Shown: piece after piece, positions 1 to 12,432 of the stretch | Position numbering within the stretch: the first letter of the stretch is position 1 | Layout: each line of letters opens with the position of its first letter | IMG/VR virus record: IMGVR_UViG_3300045988_132703 | Source: a virus | Length of the DNA: 64,000 bases | Reading direction: 5' to 3' (one strand) | Notes under the pieces: model-generated | The model's database searches: none | Seen by the model: the letters and a program-made list of their open reading frames with translations, nothing else | Told to the model about the DNA's origin: nothing | Translations under genes and position numbers: made by a program

Positions 1-312
1 TGTACAATATATTATTTGCATAATAGTTTTGTTAATTTAGCGCTGAATCGTTTTGGCAAAGAGATTGGTAAAAATCTTGATATGCCATTGAGTGCGACAA
101 TAGATAATGCGACATTTGCACTTGATGATAATAAAAGAATTGTTGTTTAGACAATTAAAGGTTTATCTCGTGGCTCAATGGCGAGTTGCAGGTCAACTTA
201 TGCTATTGTTGAAGGCGCACTTATAACACCAGAAACAGTGGATATTTACAATCAGTTGGCCCAAACAACGGATGAAATATTCCTTTGGGAAGAAAGAGAG
301 TTGCAGGAGTAA
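1..312 (+). CDS. hypothetical protein (3' part; 5' end outside window)
   Basis: Frame 1 open from window edge to TAA 310-312 when TAG 148-150 is read through. Confidence 0.5.
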
Positions 313-320
313 TAATGTAA

Positions 321-1391
321 ATGGTAATTTTGTTCTCTGTGATAGGAGCACTCGTTGGCGCAATTATAGTTTATATTATAATGCGCGGGCGCCAAGAGGA
401 AGTTAAACAAATCAATAGAGCGCAATTAGAAGCGTTTGATAAAGAAGTTCAAGAGAAAAAGGTAGTTACTTAGCGTTTAATAGATTCTTATAATGAATCG
501 CTTGAGCGTGCGAAACAAGAAAATAATAAGGCATTAGAACACGCGAGACGATATAATCAAGAACAATTAAAGCAAGTTCAATCAGATTATTATAATAAAG
601 TTCAAGATTATACAGATAAAGCAGAAGAACAAAAGACTTTTCTAAACAGGGATATTGCTGAGCTTCAAGCTAAGATTGTTGCTCTTGAAAAAGACTATGA
701 CCATAAGATTGCTGATTTTGATAGGCAATGGTAGTCTTTGATGAAAGAACGCCGTGAAGCGATGGATAAATTAGAAGAAGAGAATTTGGACGATTATCTT
801 GATTAGCAAATGTCTCTTGAATCTCAATATCAAAAGGACAAAGTAAAACTTTAGTCTGAGATTAATAATTTGTCTGCTTTGCGCGCGAGTCTTATTGAAG
901 CGCAAATTCGTGAACAAAAGCTCAAAGATGAACAAGACTTTTATCGTATTCATCTCTCTGTTGATGCTCAAGAGGATATTGATAAATTACTTCGTTTCGC
1001 TAAAGAGTGTCACAGTCAACAACCTTTGCGCAAATTGATTTGGAGTGAGTATTTCTTAAAACCTTTTGGTGAAATGGCTGGACGCATCCTTGGCAAAGAT
1101 AAAATTTCTGGTATTTACAAAATTACTAATATTAAAGATGGCAAGATATATATTGGACAGAGTACTGATGTAAAAACTCGTTGGTCCAATCATATCAAAG
1201 CCGCGCTCAAAATAGATTCAATAGCTCATTCAAGAGTCCACGATGCGATGGGTGAAGAAGGTATTTGGAACTTTACTTTTGAGTTATTGGAGCAATGCCC
1301 AAAGGAGAAGCTAAATGAGCGAGAGAAATATTATATAGAATTTTATCAATCAAATATCTATGGATATAATAAGACTATTGGTGGAGCTTAA
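321..1391 (+). CDS. membrane-anchored coiled-coil protein with C-terminal GIY-YIG/T5orf172-like domain
   Basis: ATG 321; hydrophobic N-terminus VILFSVIGALVGAIIVYII; Q/E/K-rich middle; GIYKITN..GKIYIGQS..R.SNH near C-terminus; 4 in-frame TAG (471, 732, 804, 852); track ORF 870-1391 is its 3' part. Confidence 0.7.
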
Positions 1392-1717
1392 TGGATATTC
1401 TTAATAAAATGTATTTTCAAAGTGGGACTGCGAGATTAAGAAATGACGGACTTATTGATTTGTCTCTTAATTATATATACAATAATGGAAAAGAAGATAA
1501 GTCTTTTAGTTTAAAAGGAGTTGTCGATAATCCAGTTGTTACAATCGAGAATGCCTATCGCGGCCCGAAAGAAAGAACCACAGAAATGTTGACTGATAAC
1601 CGTAATTATAAACTAAACGGAATTGTTTCCTTTGAATTTATAGCAGATGAAGGTACAGGTAATCTTTATATGCTTGAAATAGCAGATATTCAAAAAATAG
1701 AGGGAATTGATAAATGA
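1391..1717 (+). CDS. hypothetical protein
   Basis: Track ORF; ATG overlaps upstream TAA (TAATG). Confidence 0.6.
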   Translation: MDILNKMYFQSGTARLRNDGLIDLSLNYIYNNGKEDKSFSLKGVVDNPVVTIENAYRGPKERTTEMLTDNRNYKLNGIVSFEFIADEGTGNLYMLEIADIQKIEGIDK

Positions 1718-2043
1718 CTTATTCTGATATATTGGAAGAAATGGGACGTCATGGCATGGACGAGTTTTATATCGAGCGTTACGAAGTTGAAACTATTGCA
1801 CCCAATAAATATCTTATTCATATTATTTTCGATGGCAAAAAGAAAAAGATGTATTTGACCGCGCGGGCAACTGACGTAATTGAATCTCATACTTTTGAAA
1901 CAACTTCTGCTTTTGGTGGAATTAATGCTCAAAAAGTAATTGAGTATAAAGGGCCGATTGTTAAACTTGGGCTAAATACTTTTATTGATTTTAATAAAGA
2001 TACCCCCGTCACGTTTTATTTCGTTGACAAGGAGAAAAACTAA
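1714..2043 (+). CDS. hypothetical protein
   Basis: Track ORF; ATGA overlap with upstream gene. Confidence 0.6.
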   Translation: MTYSDILEEMGRHGMDEFYIERYEVETIAPNKYLIHIIFDGKKKKMYLTARATDVIESHTFETTSAFGGINAQKVIEYKGPIVKLGLNTFIDFNKDTPVTFYFVDKEKN

Positions 2044-2876
2044 TGCAATTTGATAATACGAGAACTTTTAATTGGGAAGGTGCTTTTCACGGTATGAGAG
2101 CGCCACTTGAGTCTTGGACAAAATCAGACAGTACTTTTGGTTATTGTTATGAAGATAATGAAGAAGATTTTGAGATTCTAAATACTTGGCGCGAATATGA
2201 TAAGTATGATGAAATGACTGAAGCCGAAAGGATGAAATATGATGAAGAAAAGTTGGCTTGGCTGGATAATAATGGTTGTATCTACTATGACGTTGGCTCT
2301 CGCGTTATGGAATATGCTTTTCTTGGACCGGCGGACTTGGATCTCGCTCAGCGATTGATTAAAGCTGGGCCAGAGCATAGGAAATTTTTGCGCCAAATTT
2401 TCGTTTCAGCTTATATTAGTTTGCCTTTGTCTATATGGAAATAGCTTGATACTTATAAAATTGGTACTGTAACCAATTCTACTTCTACTATGCATAAAAT
2501 TCAGTCTAAACCGCTCACAAGAGAAAGTTTCGAGATTGAGCAAATTCCTTATGAGGAACAGGAAGAAATGGAACAGCGCGATGGTATTTATTGTGCGGGT
2601 GAATTGGATGATTTGTTCAATGAAACAATCCAGACTTGTGAAGATTTGCGTAGAGCATTTAATCAGACAAAAGACAAGCGTTATTGGCGTAAGTTAATTG
2701 AATTGCTTCCTGAGTCTTATCTTCAAGCGCGTGAATATACCTTAAACTATGAGGTTCTTCGTTCTATTGTCCATCAACGCAAAGGGCATAAATTAGGCGA
2801 ATGGCAGAAATTTATTCATTGGGTTCATACTTTACCTTATGCAGAGGAGTTAATTTTCTATGATGGAGACAAGTAA
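2043..2876 (+). CDS. hypothetical protein with weak ThyX-like pattern (tentative)
   Basis: Track ORFs 2043-2444 and 2490-2876 share a frame and join through TAG 2442-2444; EHRKFLRQIFVS..LPLSIWKQLDTYK..NSTSTMH loosely resembles the ThyX core but has no RHR motif. Confidence 0.55.
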
Positions 2877-2877
2877 T

Positions 2878-3219
2878 ATGAATTATGAGGAACGTTCTTT
2901 GAACACTTCTAAAGCTATTGGGCAATGTGTTAATTAGATTTCATTGCTTGATCCTATTCAAGAGGATTCTGACAATGAACTTCACGAAGTTCCTAATGAT
3001 ATGATAGATCATCCTAACCATTATCAAGCTGGCGGTCTTGAGTGTATTGATGTTATGGAGCAACTTTATGGACGCGAAGCCGTTGAATCTTGGATTAAAT
3101 TAACTATTTTCAAGTATATCTGGCGCGCAGATAAAAAGGATGGCGCACAAGATGTTGATAAGATTCGTTGGTATTCCGAAAAATTGGTTAAAATGTTGAA
3201 AGAGGATGGTAAATATTGA
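2878..3219 (+). CDS. DUF3310-like phage protein
   Basis: ATG 2878; in-frame TAG 2935-2937; HPNHYQAGGLECIDVME...FKYIWRADKK pattern typical of DUF3310. Confidence 0.7.
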
Positions 3220-3422
3220 GCCGAAAAAGATTTATTAAGTTAATGATGTCAATTGGTTGGCAGCGTAATGAAGCTAATGATTATGTCCGATTGAAACCAG
3301 ATTATCTTTCTTATAAACGCTATTGGGATATTTATTGTCAATGGATTAAAAAGATGAAATATGCACTTGAAAATGATTCAACTGAGAAATTTATAAGAGA
3401 GTATTATCTTGTCACAGATTAA
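3216..3422 (+). CDS. hypothetical protein
   Basis: Track ORF; TTG start overlapping upstream TGA. Confidence 0.5.
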   Translation: MSRKRFIKLMMSIGWQRNEANDYVRLKPDYLSYKRYWDIYCQWIKKMKYALENDSTEKFIREYYLVTD

Positions 3423-3623
3423 ACCAATTTAGCAAAATGATTCAATTAAAGTTGAACTTGACGAAAAGACGCACAAACCTATAGAAGGCCTTTTTGGAGT
3501 AAAAATAGAATAAATTATTTAATTGCGTCGGATTTTATATCTGGCGCATTTTTATTTAATACTTATAATTAATGCCCAAAATTCTTACTTTACCATTAGA
3601 TAACTTCAATAGGAGGGAGAGGT

Positions 3624-3971
3624 ATGCTTTCTACACAAGGAACAAACATCACAATCACTCGTGGAGATAGTGCTTACATCACAGTTTCCATCACTGATTC
3701 CAAGGGCAACCCTTATACTCCAGGTCCCGACGATAAGATTCGCGCGCAAGTAAGACAGGATGCTTCTGCCACAAAAATATTGTTTGAGAGTCAAATTCCT
3801 TATGATACTCTTGTTTGGCATATAAAACCAGAAGATACCGCTCAAGCACAAATGGGCAAATCTTATGTTTACGACATGGAGATTGAGACTGCCGAAGGCG
3901 ATGTTTTTACTTTTATTCCTTTGTCTAGTTTCACTGTAAGTAAGGAAGTGACTAGAATTGGAACAGAATGA
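3624..3971 (+). CDS. putative virion structural protein
   Basis: Track ORF; GGAGGGAG SD upstream; first gene after a 200-nt non-coding gap. Confidence 0.6.
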   Translation: MLSTQGTNITITRGDSAYITVSITDSKGNPYTPGPDDKIRAQVRQDASATKILFESQIPYDTLVWHIKPEDTAQAQMGKSYVYDMEIETAEGDVFTFIPLSSFTVSKEVTRIGTE

Positions 3972-4032
3972 AATTTTATATGGAGCAATAAAGAATTAGT
4001 CTTCTCTTGAAGGCGTACTTGATGCCGGGGCG

Positions 4033-4545
4033 TTGAGCGGCGATATTGCTTGTTATTCAACGCTTTCTGGCGCGCTTGCCGAGGATGGTAGTATATCGGG
4101 CGCACTATCCAATCCTATTTTGCGCGGCTACTCTGCCTATGCTATTGCAGTTATGCATGGCTTTAAAGGCACAGAGAAAGAATGGCTAGATAGCTTAAAG
4201 CCCGTAAATGGAGTCGATTACTTCATTGATGAAGACAAAATCGTCGAAACAGTTAAAGCCGATTTAAAAGATACTTTTGTTGTAAGACGAGATGGCTATT
4301 CTTTAATCTCTTTAATTGATATTGCTAAATTAACTAATATTGCTGATAGAGCGACTCGCGTAGAACCATCTACTATTAATGGTAATATTATTATCAATGG
4401 TAAAGAAACAAAGGTTTATCGCGGGCTTCCTCTTGATGATTCTGAATATATAAAGAAACAAGATGAGGTTCGATTGTGCTCTGGTGGCGCCGCAGATGAT
4501 TATGGCTTCGGTAAAGAGGACGATACATTCATCTTTGAGGGGTGA
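4033..4545 (+). CDS. tail-fibre-associated protein (start uncertain)
   Basis: SAYAIAVMHGFKGTEKEWLDSLK motif shared with 21262-21540; frame is open upstream to 3970 (TAG 3997) but has no ATG there. Confidence 0.55.
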   Translation: MSGDIACYSTLSGALAEDGSISGALSNPILRGYSAYAIAVMHGFKGTEKEWLDSLKPVNGVDYFIDEDKIVETVKADLKDTFVVRRDGYSLISLIDIAKLTNIADRATRVEPSTINGNIIINGKETKVYRGLPLDDSEYIKKQDEVRLCSGGAADDYGFGKEDDTFIFEG

Positions 4546-4550
4546 GATAA

Positions 4551-6392
4551 ATGCCGGGTAAAACACTAAAAACTAGAATACAAAACAAAGTTGATTCATT
4601 AGCTAACTTACAAGCTAACAATCCCTATATCCTTGCGGGCGAGCTTGTAACTGCTTACACTACCGTTGGAGTTAAGCAAGAGGATGGTAACGTAGTTCAA
4701 AAGAGAGTCGCTTATATCTATGTAGGTCCGGGCAACTTTAACGATTTGTATCCTATTGTAGGACCTTCTGCCGATGTTAAGGCTTGGGCTAAGGTTGATA
4801 ATTTCGTTGATGTCGTCATTGAAAAATTAACTAAGACTGACGAGAAAGGCGACATTGCCGAGAATGATACAGTTAATACAATGATTAACCGTATCAATAA
4901 TAATTTCGCGCAAATTAAAACTGATATGCCATCTAAGACTTCCGATTTAACCAATGATGGCGAAGGTGCTGAAATCCCTATTAAGGATTTTATTACTGGA
5001 TATGAATCTTATTAGTTTGTAAGTCGGGATTCAGTTAAAAATTATATTGACACTTTTGGTTTGCAAGATCTAACGGAAATCAAAAAGAAACTTGCTGAAC
5101 TCGAAAAGAAAGTCGATGATAATTTAAAGGCGATTGATGAACGCTTTAAGTTATATTATACTAAGACTGAAATTAACGATTTACTTGCCGGTTATCTTAA
5201 AGGCGTTCAGATTGGCGATAAAGACGGTGGAGTTGTACTTAGTCCTGCTTCTACTGTGGTTACTTCTGAACAGATTTGGACTTAGATTAAAGATACTTCT
5301 CAAACAGATATTGAGAAGATTGCAGATGCAGCTGCTTCTACTGCTCTTAGCCAAGCCAAGACTTATACTGATACTAAGTTAAGTGAGTTTATCACTATTT
5401 CTTATAAAGGCCCTTATGATTCTTATGCAGCTTTACTTGCGGATAATGTTGATGGTGGCAAAGCTGGCATTATTTATCTTGTAAATCATAATCATAATGA
5501 TAATGACAGTTATGATTCAACAGATAGCGATATATTTGATGAGTACATTTGGGTTACACGTCAAGATGGCGGACAGCCTGGCTTTGAAAAAGTTGGTAAC
5601 ACAGATGTCAAGTTAAGCAACTATCTTCAGGCTGCGCTTAAAGAAGATAAAACTGGCGTTCTTGAAGGCGACGAAGGCTCTGTCTCTAAGATTGAGGTTG
5701 TTGAAGACCCAGTTGGTAGCGGCAACAAGTTCTTTAAAGTAACTTATAAGACTTTAATCAAGAGCGAGACATTTGATGCAGGTAAAGTTGCTGTTGGCTT
5801 TGGCAATGGAGCATTAAAGTCATCTGCTTTAGTTAATATTCCTTTAGCCGGTATCGCAGCAGGTAGTACAGAATCTGATATTAACGAAACTACTACACTT
5901 GGTGGAGCAATCAGAAACTTAGAAACTAAGATTGATGATGCAAAAGCCGACGGTGTTAAAGAAGTTGATATTGCTACTGATGGTGGTGTTGATGTTAGTG
6001 GTGGCCCGATTACCAATAAGGGCACATTAAAGGTTAGTCACTCTTTAAGAGCAACTGCAACTTCTGCTGTTAGTGATACTGTTGGTTCTGCGGATGAGCG
6101 CACTTATGTTAAAGAAATTGCGCTCGATAAATATGGTCATATTGTTAGTGTTACTACTGGTAAAGAAACTAATGTTGATAGTTATGCTACTGGTGGTTCA
6201 TTTGCCGCGGACAATACAAAAATTGAATTAACCGTTACTGGTACTGGTCCTAATTTTAAGACATTCAAAGCAGGACTTAATAAATTGCCTGCTATGTTAT
6301 TATCTCAAACTGATGCCGAAGATGATTTCTTAGTACTTTATTGCGGCACTAGTAACATTTTAGCTTCAACAGAGCAAGTCAATTATACCTAA
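4551..6392 (+). CDS. tail fibre protein
   Basis: Track ORFs 4551-5015 and 5061-5285 plus 1.1 kb of Met-free open frame are one frame; TAG at 5013 and 5283; TAA 6390-6392; coiled-coil segment then G/T/S-rich repeats. Confidence 0.7.
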
Positions 6393-6407
6393 TAAGGTGG
6401 TGAGTTG

Positions 6408-6809
6408 ATGCTCAAGGCTAGAATACAACTTAAAAAAGACACCAGCAAGGCTTGGCGCATCAATAATCCTGTTCTATTGGATGGCGAAGCTGGTTATGAA
6501 TCAGATACAAATCTAATGAAAGTTGGCGATGGAATCCATCGTTGGCTTGAATTAGACTATACAAACTCTGGCGCGACTGCAATAGCAAGCACAGCTAACT
6601 ATGCTATTAACGCAGGTGCACTAGGCGGAACTTCTGCGGCTGATTGGGCTAAGAAGTTCGATAATTATGTTTTAAATACTCGAATTGAAGCCGTTATGTC
6701 AACTGCTTCAGCCGCGGACAAAATACCAACTTCAATAGCAGTTACTAATTGGGTTAAGTCGCAAAATTTCGCGGGTGCTGGTGATATTACTACTTGGGAG
6801 GACTTTTAA
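6408..6809 (+). CDS. tail-fibre N-terminal-domain-like protein
   Basis: KKDTSKAW..NPVLLDGEAGYESDTNLMKVGDG pattern common at N-termini of phage fibre proteins; SD AAGGTGGTGA. Confidence 0.6.
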   Translation: MLKARIQLKKDTSKAWRINNPVLLDGEAGYESDTNLMKVGDGIHRWLELDYTNSGATAIASTANYAINAGALGGTSAADWAKKFDNYVLNTRIEAVMSTASAADKIPTSIAVTNWVKSQNFAGAGDITTWEDF

Positions 6810-9800
6810 TGGCTAATAAATTATTAAAACCAAAGAGAGGTAGAGTAGAGAACCTGCCAAAATTGGCTGTTGAGGATGGTTCTCTTATTTTTGCTTATGA
6901 TACTAAGTCTCCAACTAGTACTGTTTTAGTTGATGTTGGAGAAACTAGATATGAGTTATCTGCTGCAACGGCGAAGAAAGCAGATGATTCTAACGCTCTT
7001 GGCGGCAGTAGTCTTCAAAATATTGTTGATAAGATTGACAATGCGACAGGTGATGGAACTGCTTTTACTGGTTTAGACACTACTACTAATAATAAAGTAA
7101 AGCTAACAAGAGCTAATGGAACCACAGTCGAAAAAACGGTTAATAATGTCTCCAATGCTTCGACTGCTGATTACGCAAAAGTGAGTAATAAAATTGGAAC
7201 AGGAACTGTTGGTTCATCAACTAAGCCAGTTTATATTAATGCTGGTACTCCTACTGCGATTAGTTCTATTCCATCTACTTTTGTTACAGCGCAGCAAATA
7301 AATGGTATTAATCTTGATACTTTGCGCACGCCAGGCAGATATTTTGCAAACGGGAGTAATACCAATACTGGTAAGCCAACTGGTGTTGATGCTTTTGCGC
7401 TGGAGATTCTTTAGAGTGCGGCCGGATGGTATACTCAAATTTGCTATGCTTCTGATGATTAGGAGAAGCAATTTGTTCGTTATTATAATTCCGGTACTTC
7501 TTCTTGGAGCGATTGGGTTGAACAAAATCGTTTAAACACTAAGACTCAAAGTGGTTATGCTCCCGCGCCAAATGCAGCAAATAAAGTTTATCGAACTGAC
7601 GCAAGTGGTAATCCTGGTTGGGGCACATTGAACGATGGTTCTATTGGTAAACTTGCGTCTACTGTTACTCTTGGTTACGGTAATGGTGCAATGATTGACT
7701 AGAATAGCGATACTTATCGTCAGCGTATCAATATTTTTGATAATGCAACAGCTAATGATGCAGTATTTAGTTTCTAGCAATCAACAGACGCCGGAAAAAC
7801 CTATAAAGATTTATTTGTTATTAATGATAATGGTACTGTAGTCGCATCAACATTCCAAGGTGCGCTTAAAGGAACAGCAGATTATTCGAAGAACTCTGGT
7901 GCTCTTGGTGGCAGTAGTCTTTAGAACATTGTTGATAAAATTAATAACTCTACTGGTGATGGAACTGCTTTTACTGGTTTAGATACAACTACAAACAATA
8001 AGGTTAAATTAACTAGAGCCAATGGCGGCACAGTTGAAAAGACAATTAATAATGTATCTAATGCTTCAACTGCGGATTATGCAAAAGATTCAGATAAATT
8101 AGATGGATACCATGAAACAGATTTTCTTCGTTATCGTGGCGCGACGGGTACATCTGCGGACTCTTTATGGAATCAAATTGGAATTAAAGAATTTGATAAT
8201 TGTTATCCAGATGGATTAAACGGTATCTATCCTTACGGAGCAGTAGTTTCTTTACCAACTCCAAATGTTCGTTTTGATATTTGGGTAAATCGTCAGTCGT
8301 CTAATGGCGTAACAAATGGCTTACAATATCGTTCTGGTTGGACTACTGATAAAAGGCCTTGGAGAATGTTATTAGATAGTGTTAATTTTACACAATATGC
8401 AGCAAATAAAAACGCTTACAATAGTGCATCAGTTTCCAATGCAACTATTACTCTTGGTCGTTCTGATGGTTCAACTGGTACAACTTTAACTGTCAACAAT
8501 GTAGCTCATGCAACCAACGCTGATCTAGCTAAAAATTCTAACGCTCTTGGCGGTTCTTCACTCAAGAATATTACTGATAGAATTGATTCCTCTATTGCTG
8601 CTAATGACGCCATGCACTACATGGGCACTCTTGGTGCAACAGCTCAAAAACCAACCATTACAGCTTTACCTACAACTGCACGAATTGGCGATGCTTATAA
8701 GGTTATAACTGCCGGAACTTATTCTTCAATAGCAGCTGAAGTAGGAGATTTATTTATTTACTCTGGCTCTTGGACATTAATTCCATCCGGTGATGATGGC
8801 AATGTTTATGTTGGAGATTCAAAGAGTTCAAAATTTGCTGCAAAGAGCAATAATATTGTTGTTGCAGTTGGTGATTAGAAAGTAGCGAGTGCAGCAAATG
8901 TAAGTGCCAATGCAGGTACAATTAGCGCATTATAGAGTACTATGACGTAGTTGAAAGCTAATCAAGGTACTGTTACAACTTTAAATGGTAGTAAAGCTAC
9001 TTTTAGTACAGTTAATGGTTATTTAAATGGTAATGCAGATAGTGCAACTAGATTAAAATCACAAGGAAAATTAACCACTGCTTTATCTGGCACAATGATG
9101 GATACCCAGAAAGGACTTTGGATGACCGAAGCATATGCAACTACTAATGCAAATCCTTGTACTTATGGAAATGTGCTTCATCTATCAGGCGTAAATGCTG
9201 GTGGGCAAAATGAAATTTTCTTCGGTTGGCAGGGCGGAGGTTCTGTAATGCCGGGAGTTTTTGTACGTAGCCATAGAAATTTTGTAGGCTCAGCAGATGA
9301 CACTTGGTCAGCTTGGACCAAATTAATTAGTGGTGCAGACGCTCTTCAAACTTCAGCTTCTGCTATTGCTTCTACTAATAATTACTTTACTGCTGGGGCG
9401 ACTACTGCTTATGTTGCAGCAAAAACCGCAAGTGCAGTTGGTAATTATTTGCCCTTATCTGGTGGAACAATGAATGGAACTGCAATAATTAGTTGGGCAG
9501 ATTCTGGTACTTGGGGAAATACCACAACTTTTCCAGTTAAACGAGGAGGTTTATCTTGGACTGGTTAGTCAGATGGCGTTGAATTATTTGCGGAAGAAAC
9601 TGGCGGTGACAATCTCGAGCTAATTGCAAAATTTACTGATGATAATTCAAACGGTTTTACAATTCGTAATGCTAGTAATAATCAAGTAATTCGTTTGGCT
9701 GCTTCTGGCGCGATTACAGGTGGAAGTTTAGATGTCTCTGGAGGAATTTCGGGCAGTAACTTATCCCTTTCCGGCAGAGGCGTTCAATTAAATAGAAAAA

Positions 9801-10279
9801 GCGGGGCGGCCAATGGGCGAATTTCATGGTGGGATTCAGGTTATCATACTTGGGTTAGTTATATGTCAGTTCCAATTGATGGCGCAGCGCCAACGGGTGG
9901 AAAACCATCTGTTTTTGGAGATGTAATATCTTGGGCATAGAGAAGTTTAATTTAGAATAGTCCTGGTTTCGGATGGATTTGGGAGTCTGCGACAGAAGGA
10001 ACAATGACTTCTACTTTAGCCGTTACTCCTTTAATGTCTCTTGGCTCTGCTACCGGTAATTTAAAGGTTAAGGGTACTGTTACTGCTACTACCGTAAATG
10101 CTTATTTAAATGGAACTGCTAAAAATGCCGATACAGTAGATGGTTTCCACGCAGTCGATTCCAATAGTTTGACAGCATCGGCAACTAGTGCTAAAATAGT
10201 ATTAGCAAAGAATGTAGTATCCTATATTAGTTCATTAGGCTTGGCTACAACATCTCAACTCGAATGGATTGAATTTTAA
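6809..10279 (+). CDS. giant tail fibre protein (1156 codons)
   Basis: GGAGG then ATG 6809; five track ORFs (6794-7414, 8366-8878, 8951-9568, 9695-9940, 10004-10279) all in frame 2, joined by 11 in-frame TAG (7412, 7460, 7700, 7775, 7922, 8876, 8933, 8948, 9566, 9938, 9953); no TAA/TGA in frame. Confidence 0.75.
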
Positions 10280-10293
10280 AAGGAGGGAGTCAC

Positions 10294-12432
10294 ATGAGTC
10301 GTTTCAAGATGAAAAGAGGTCAGGAGAGCAAAGTAAATTCACTGGCTAAGGAGGACGGCTCCCTCATTTTTTCATTAAATGGAGCTAATAATAGCACAGT
10401 TAGATTAGATCAAACAGTTAATGGAACTGTGCAGAGATTGGGAATTGCGGTTGATAAAGCAAAAGATGCCGATGGCGTTATTGATTATAATGAACCAACT
10501 AGGCATATTAAAATTGGTTATGCTGGTGCAGGGCTAAGTACTTCTAATTTAAATTATATTGCTGGATATACTAATAACGGTACGCAAATTAAAGATGTAT
10601 CGAAAGATGTTCTTAAAAACTGGTTAGGCACAATGGGTAGTGCAGATAGCGCGAAAGTTATTGAGCCTTTTGAAAATGCAACTGCCAATGCTTCGCGCAA
10701 TGTATGGTTTAGTGATTCAGAGGTTAGAAATAAGCCTGTTTATAACGATAATTTTAAATATAATCCTATAACTCAAATTTTAACTACTAACATTAGTGGT
10801 TCAGCTGAATTTGCTAATCTAATAAAATATTATCAATCGGATAGCCAGTTTTATGCTTCTGGAGATACTCATATTATGGAATTGGGTTATCTGAAATGTG
10901 ATGGCAGTTATTAGAATTTAACTCTTTATATTACGAGTGCTTTTTGGGGTAATTAGCGCGGTTCTGCAGATTTTATTAATATTTAGTAGGATACTAATAC
11001 AAATAGTTCTGCAACTGTTCAATCTTATGTTCATGCAATTAGGATTGGCGGAAATTATGATAGAACTTTTTACGCTTATAAAGATTAGACTAATAAAAGA
11101 CTTTATCTTTATGTCCAAGTCATTGGTGGAAATTCTTACGGCAAATGGAACGTATCTGTTATTCAATGTTCAAGTGGATATAATGCTTGGGTATCCGAAT
11201 TTGGTTTTAATAAAACTTTACCAATGGGCTATGAAACCGTTTCAAAAACATTTTTAGGTACGGCTGATAATTCTAACGCTCTTGGAGGTTCCTCTCTAAG
11301 CCAAGTCCTCGCTTCTGCTGGTGGCGGCAATGCCTTTACGGGTTTAGACACAATCACTAATAACAAAATCAAACTCACTCGCGCGAACGGTCAAACAGCA
11401 GAAAAAACCATCAACAATGTTTCTAATGCATCTTCTGCTGGTTTCGCATCAACAGCAACCCTAACTGCTTATCCTCAAGGTTTCGATTCTCACACAACTT
11501 CTGCTACTTGGGGCAACACAACGGGTACTTTTTTGACTGGTTGGCATACTTCGTCTGGCGGCGATGTTGCCTTCATGGATAATAATCCGTCAAGTGGAAA
11601 AGTTTCAATGAAGCTTGATGGTTATTTCTATCAAAACGAAGGCGCGAATAGGGTTCTTGATACCAGTGACGCGGCCAATTATGTTAAAAAATCTGGCGAC
11701 ACCATGACTGGCGCACTCAATTTTGCAAATAATACATGGAATAAAGTTGGCGACGATGTTAAAATTGGAGATCATAATATCGCGGGTAGCTTAGGCGTTA
11801 TTGGTGCTAATGGACAAACTCGTATTGATTGGTGTCAATATGATAATGCTAGCAAATATCAAGGCATTGTTTATGATGGCACAAAACTAGCAACTAGCGG
11901 CACATTCAAAGCTGATTATTTTGAGGGTACTATCGCTAATGCAACCAGCGCGGAAAATGCTTCTCATCTAGGTGGCAAACCATCTTCTGATTATGCTTTA
12001 AAGGCTGAATTATCAGGAGATATTAACGTTTTATCTGCTAAGCGCTTGCCGTCTTATCAATCAGTCTCCGTAGCTAACTCTTTCTTTTATCGCTATGGTA
12101 CAGCTGGCAATACTTCTGATGGCGGAGCTTGGACTGGATTTCCTTCAGCAACTCTCTATTCTGAAGCCTCGACAGCAAATGGTTTTGGTAGCGCACTCTT
12201 CCAAAAGAAAGTTGGTGTTCTTCATCTTGCTTCTGGTTCTTCTGCGCATGACCTTGTATTCCAAGCCGGTGGCACCAATGGCGGTATTGCTTATGTTGCA
12301 ACTGGACGCAATCCCGCTTACATTCTCGATACTCTTAACTACAAAGATAAAGCATACACATTCAACAAATTAACTGCATCAAGTACATTTACTGCAACTA
12401 GTGGTGTAGTTATCGACGGAGGAAGTTATTAA
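10294..12432 (+). CDS. tail fibre protein
   Basis: Track ORFs 10294-10914 and 11224-12432 share a frame; joined via TAG 10912, 10954, 10984, 10987, 11086; carries a third copy of the GGSSL..FTGLDT.TNNK.KLTRANG module. Confidence 0.7.
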
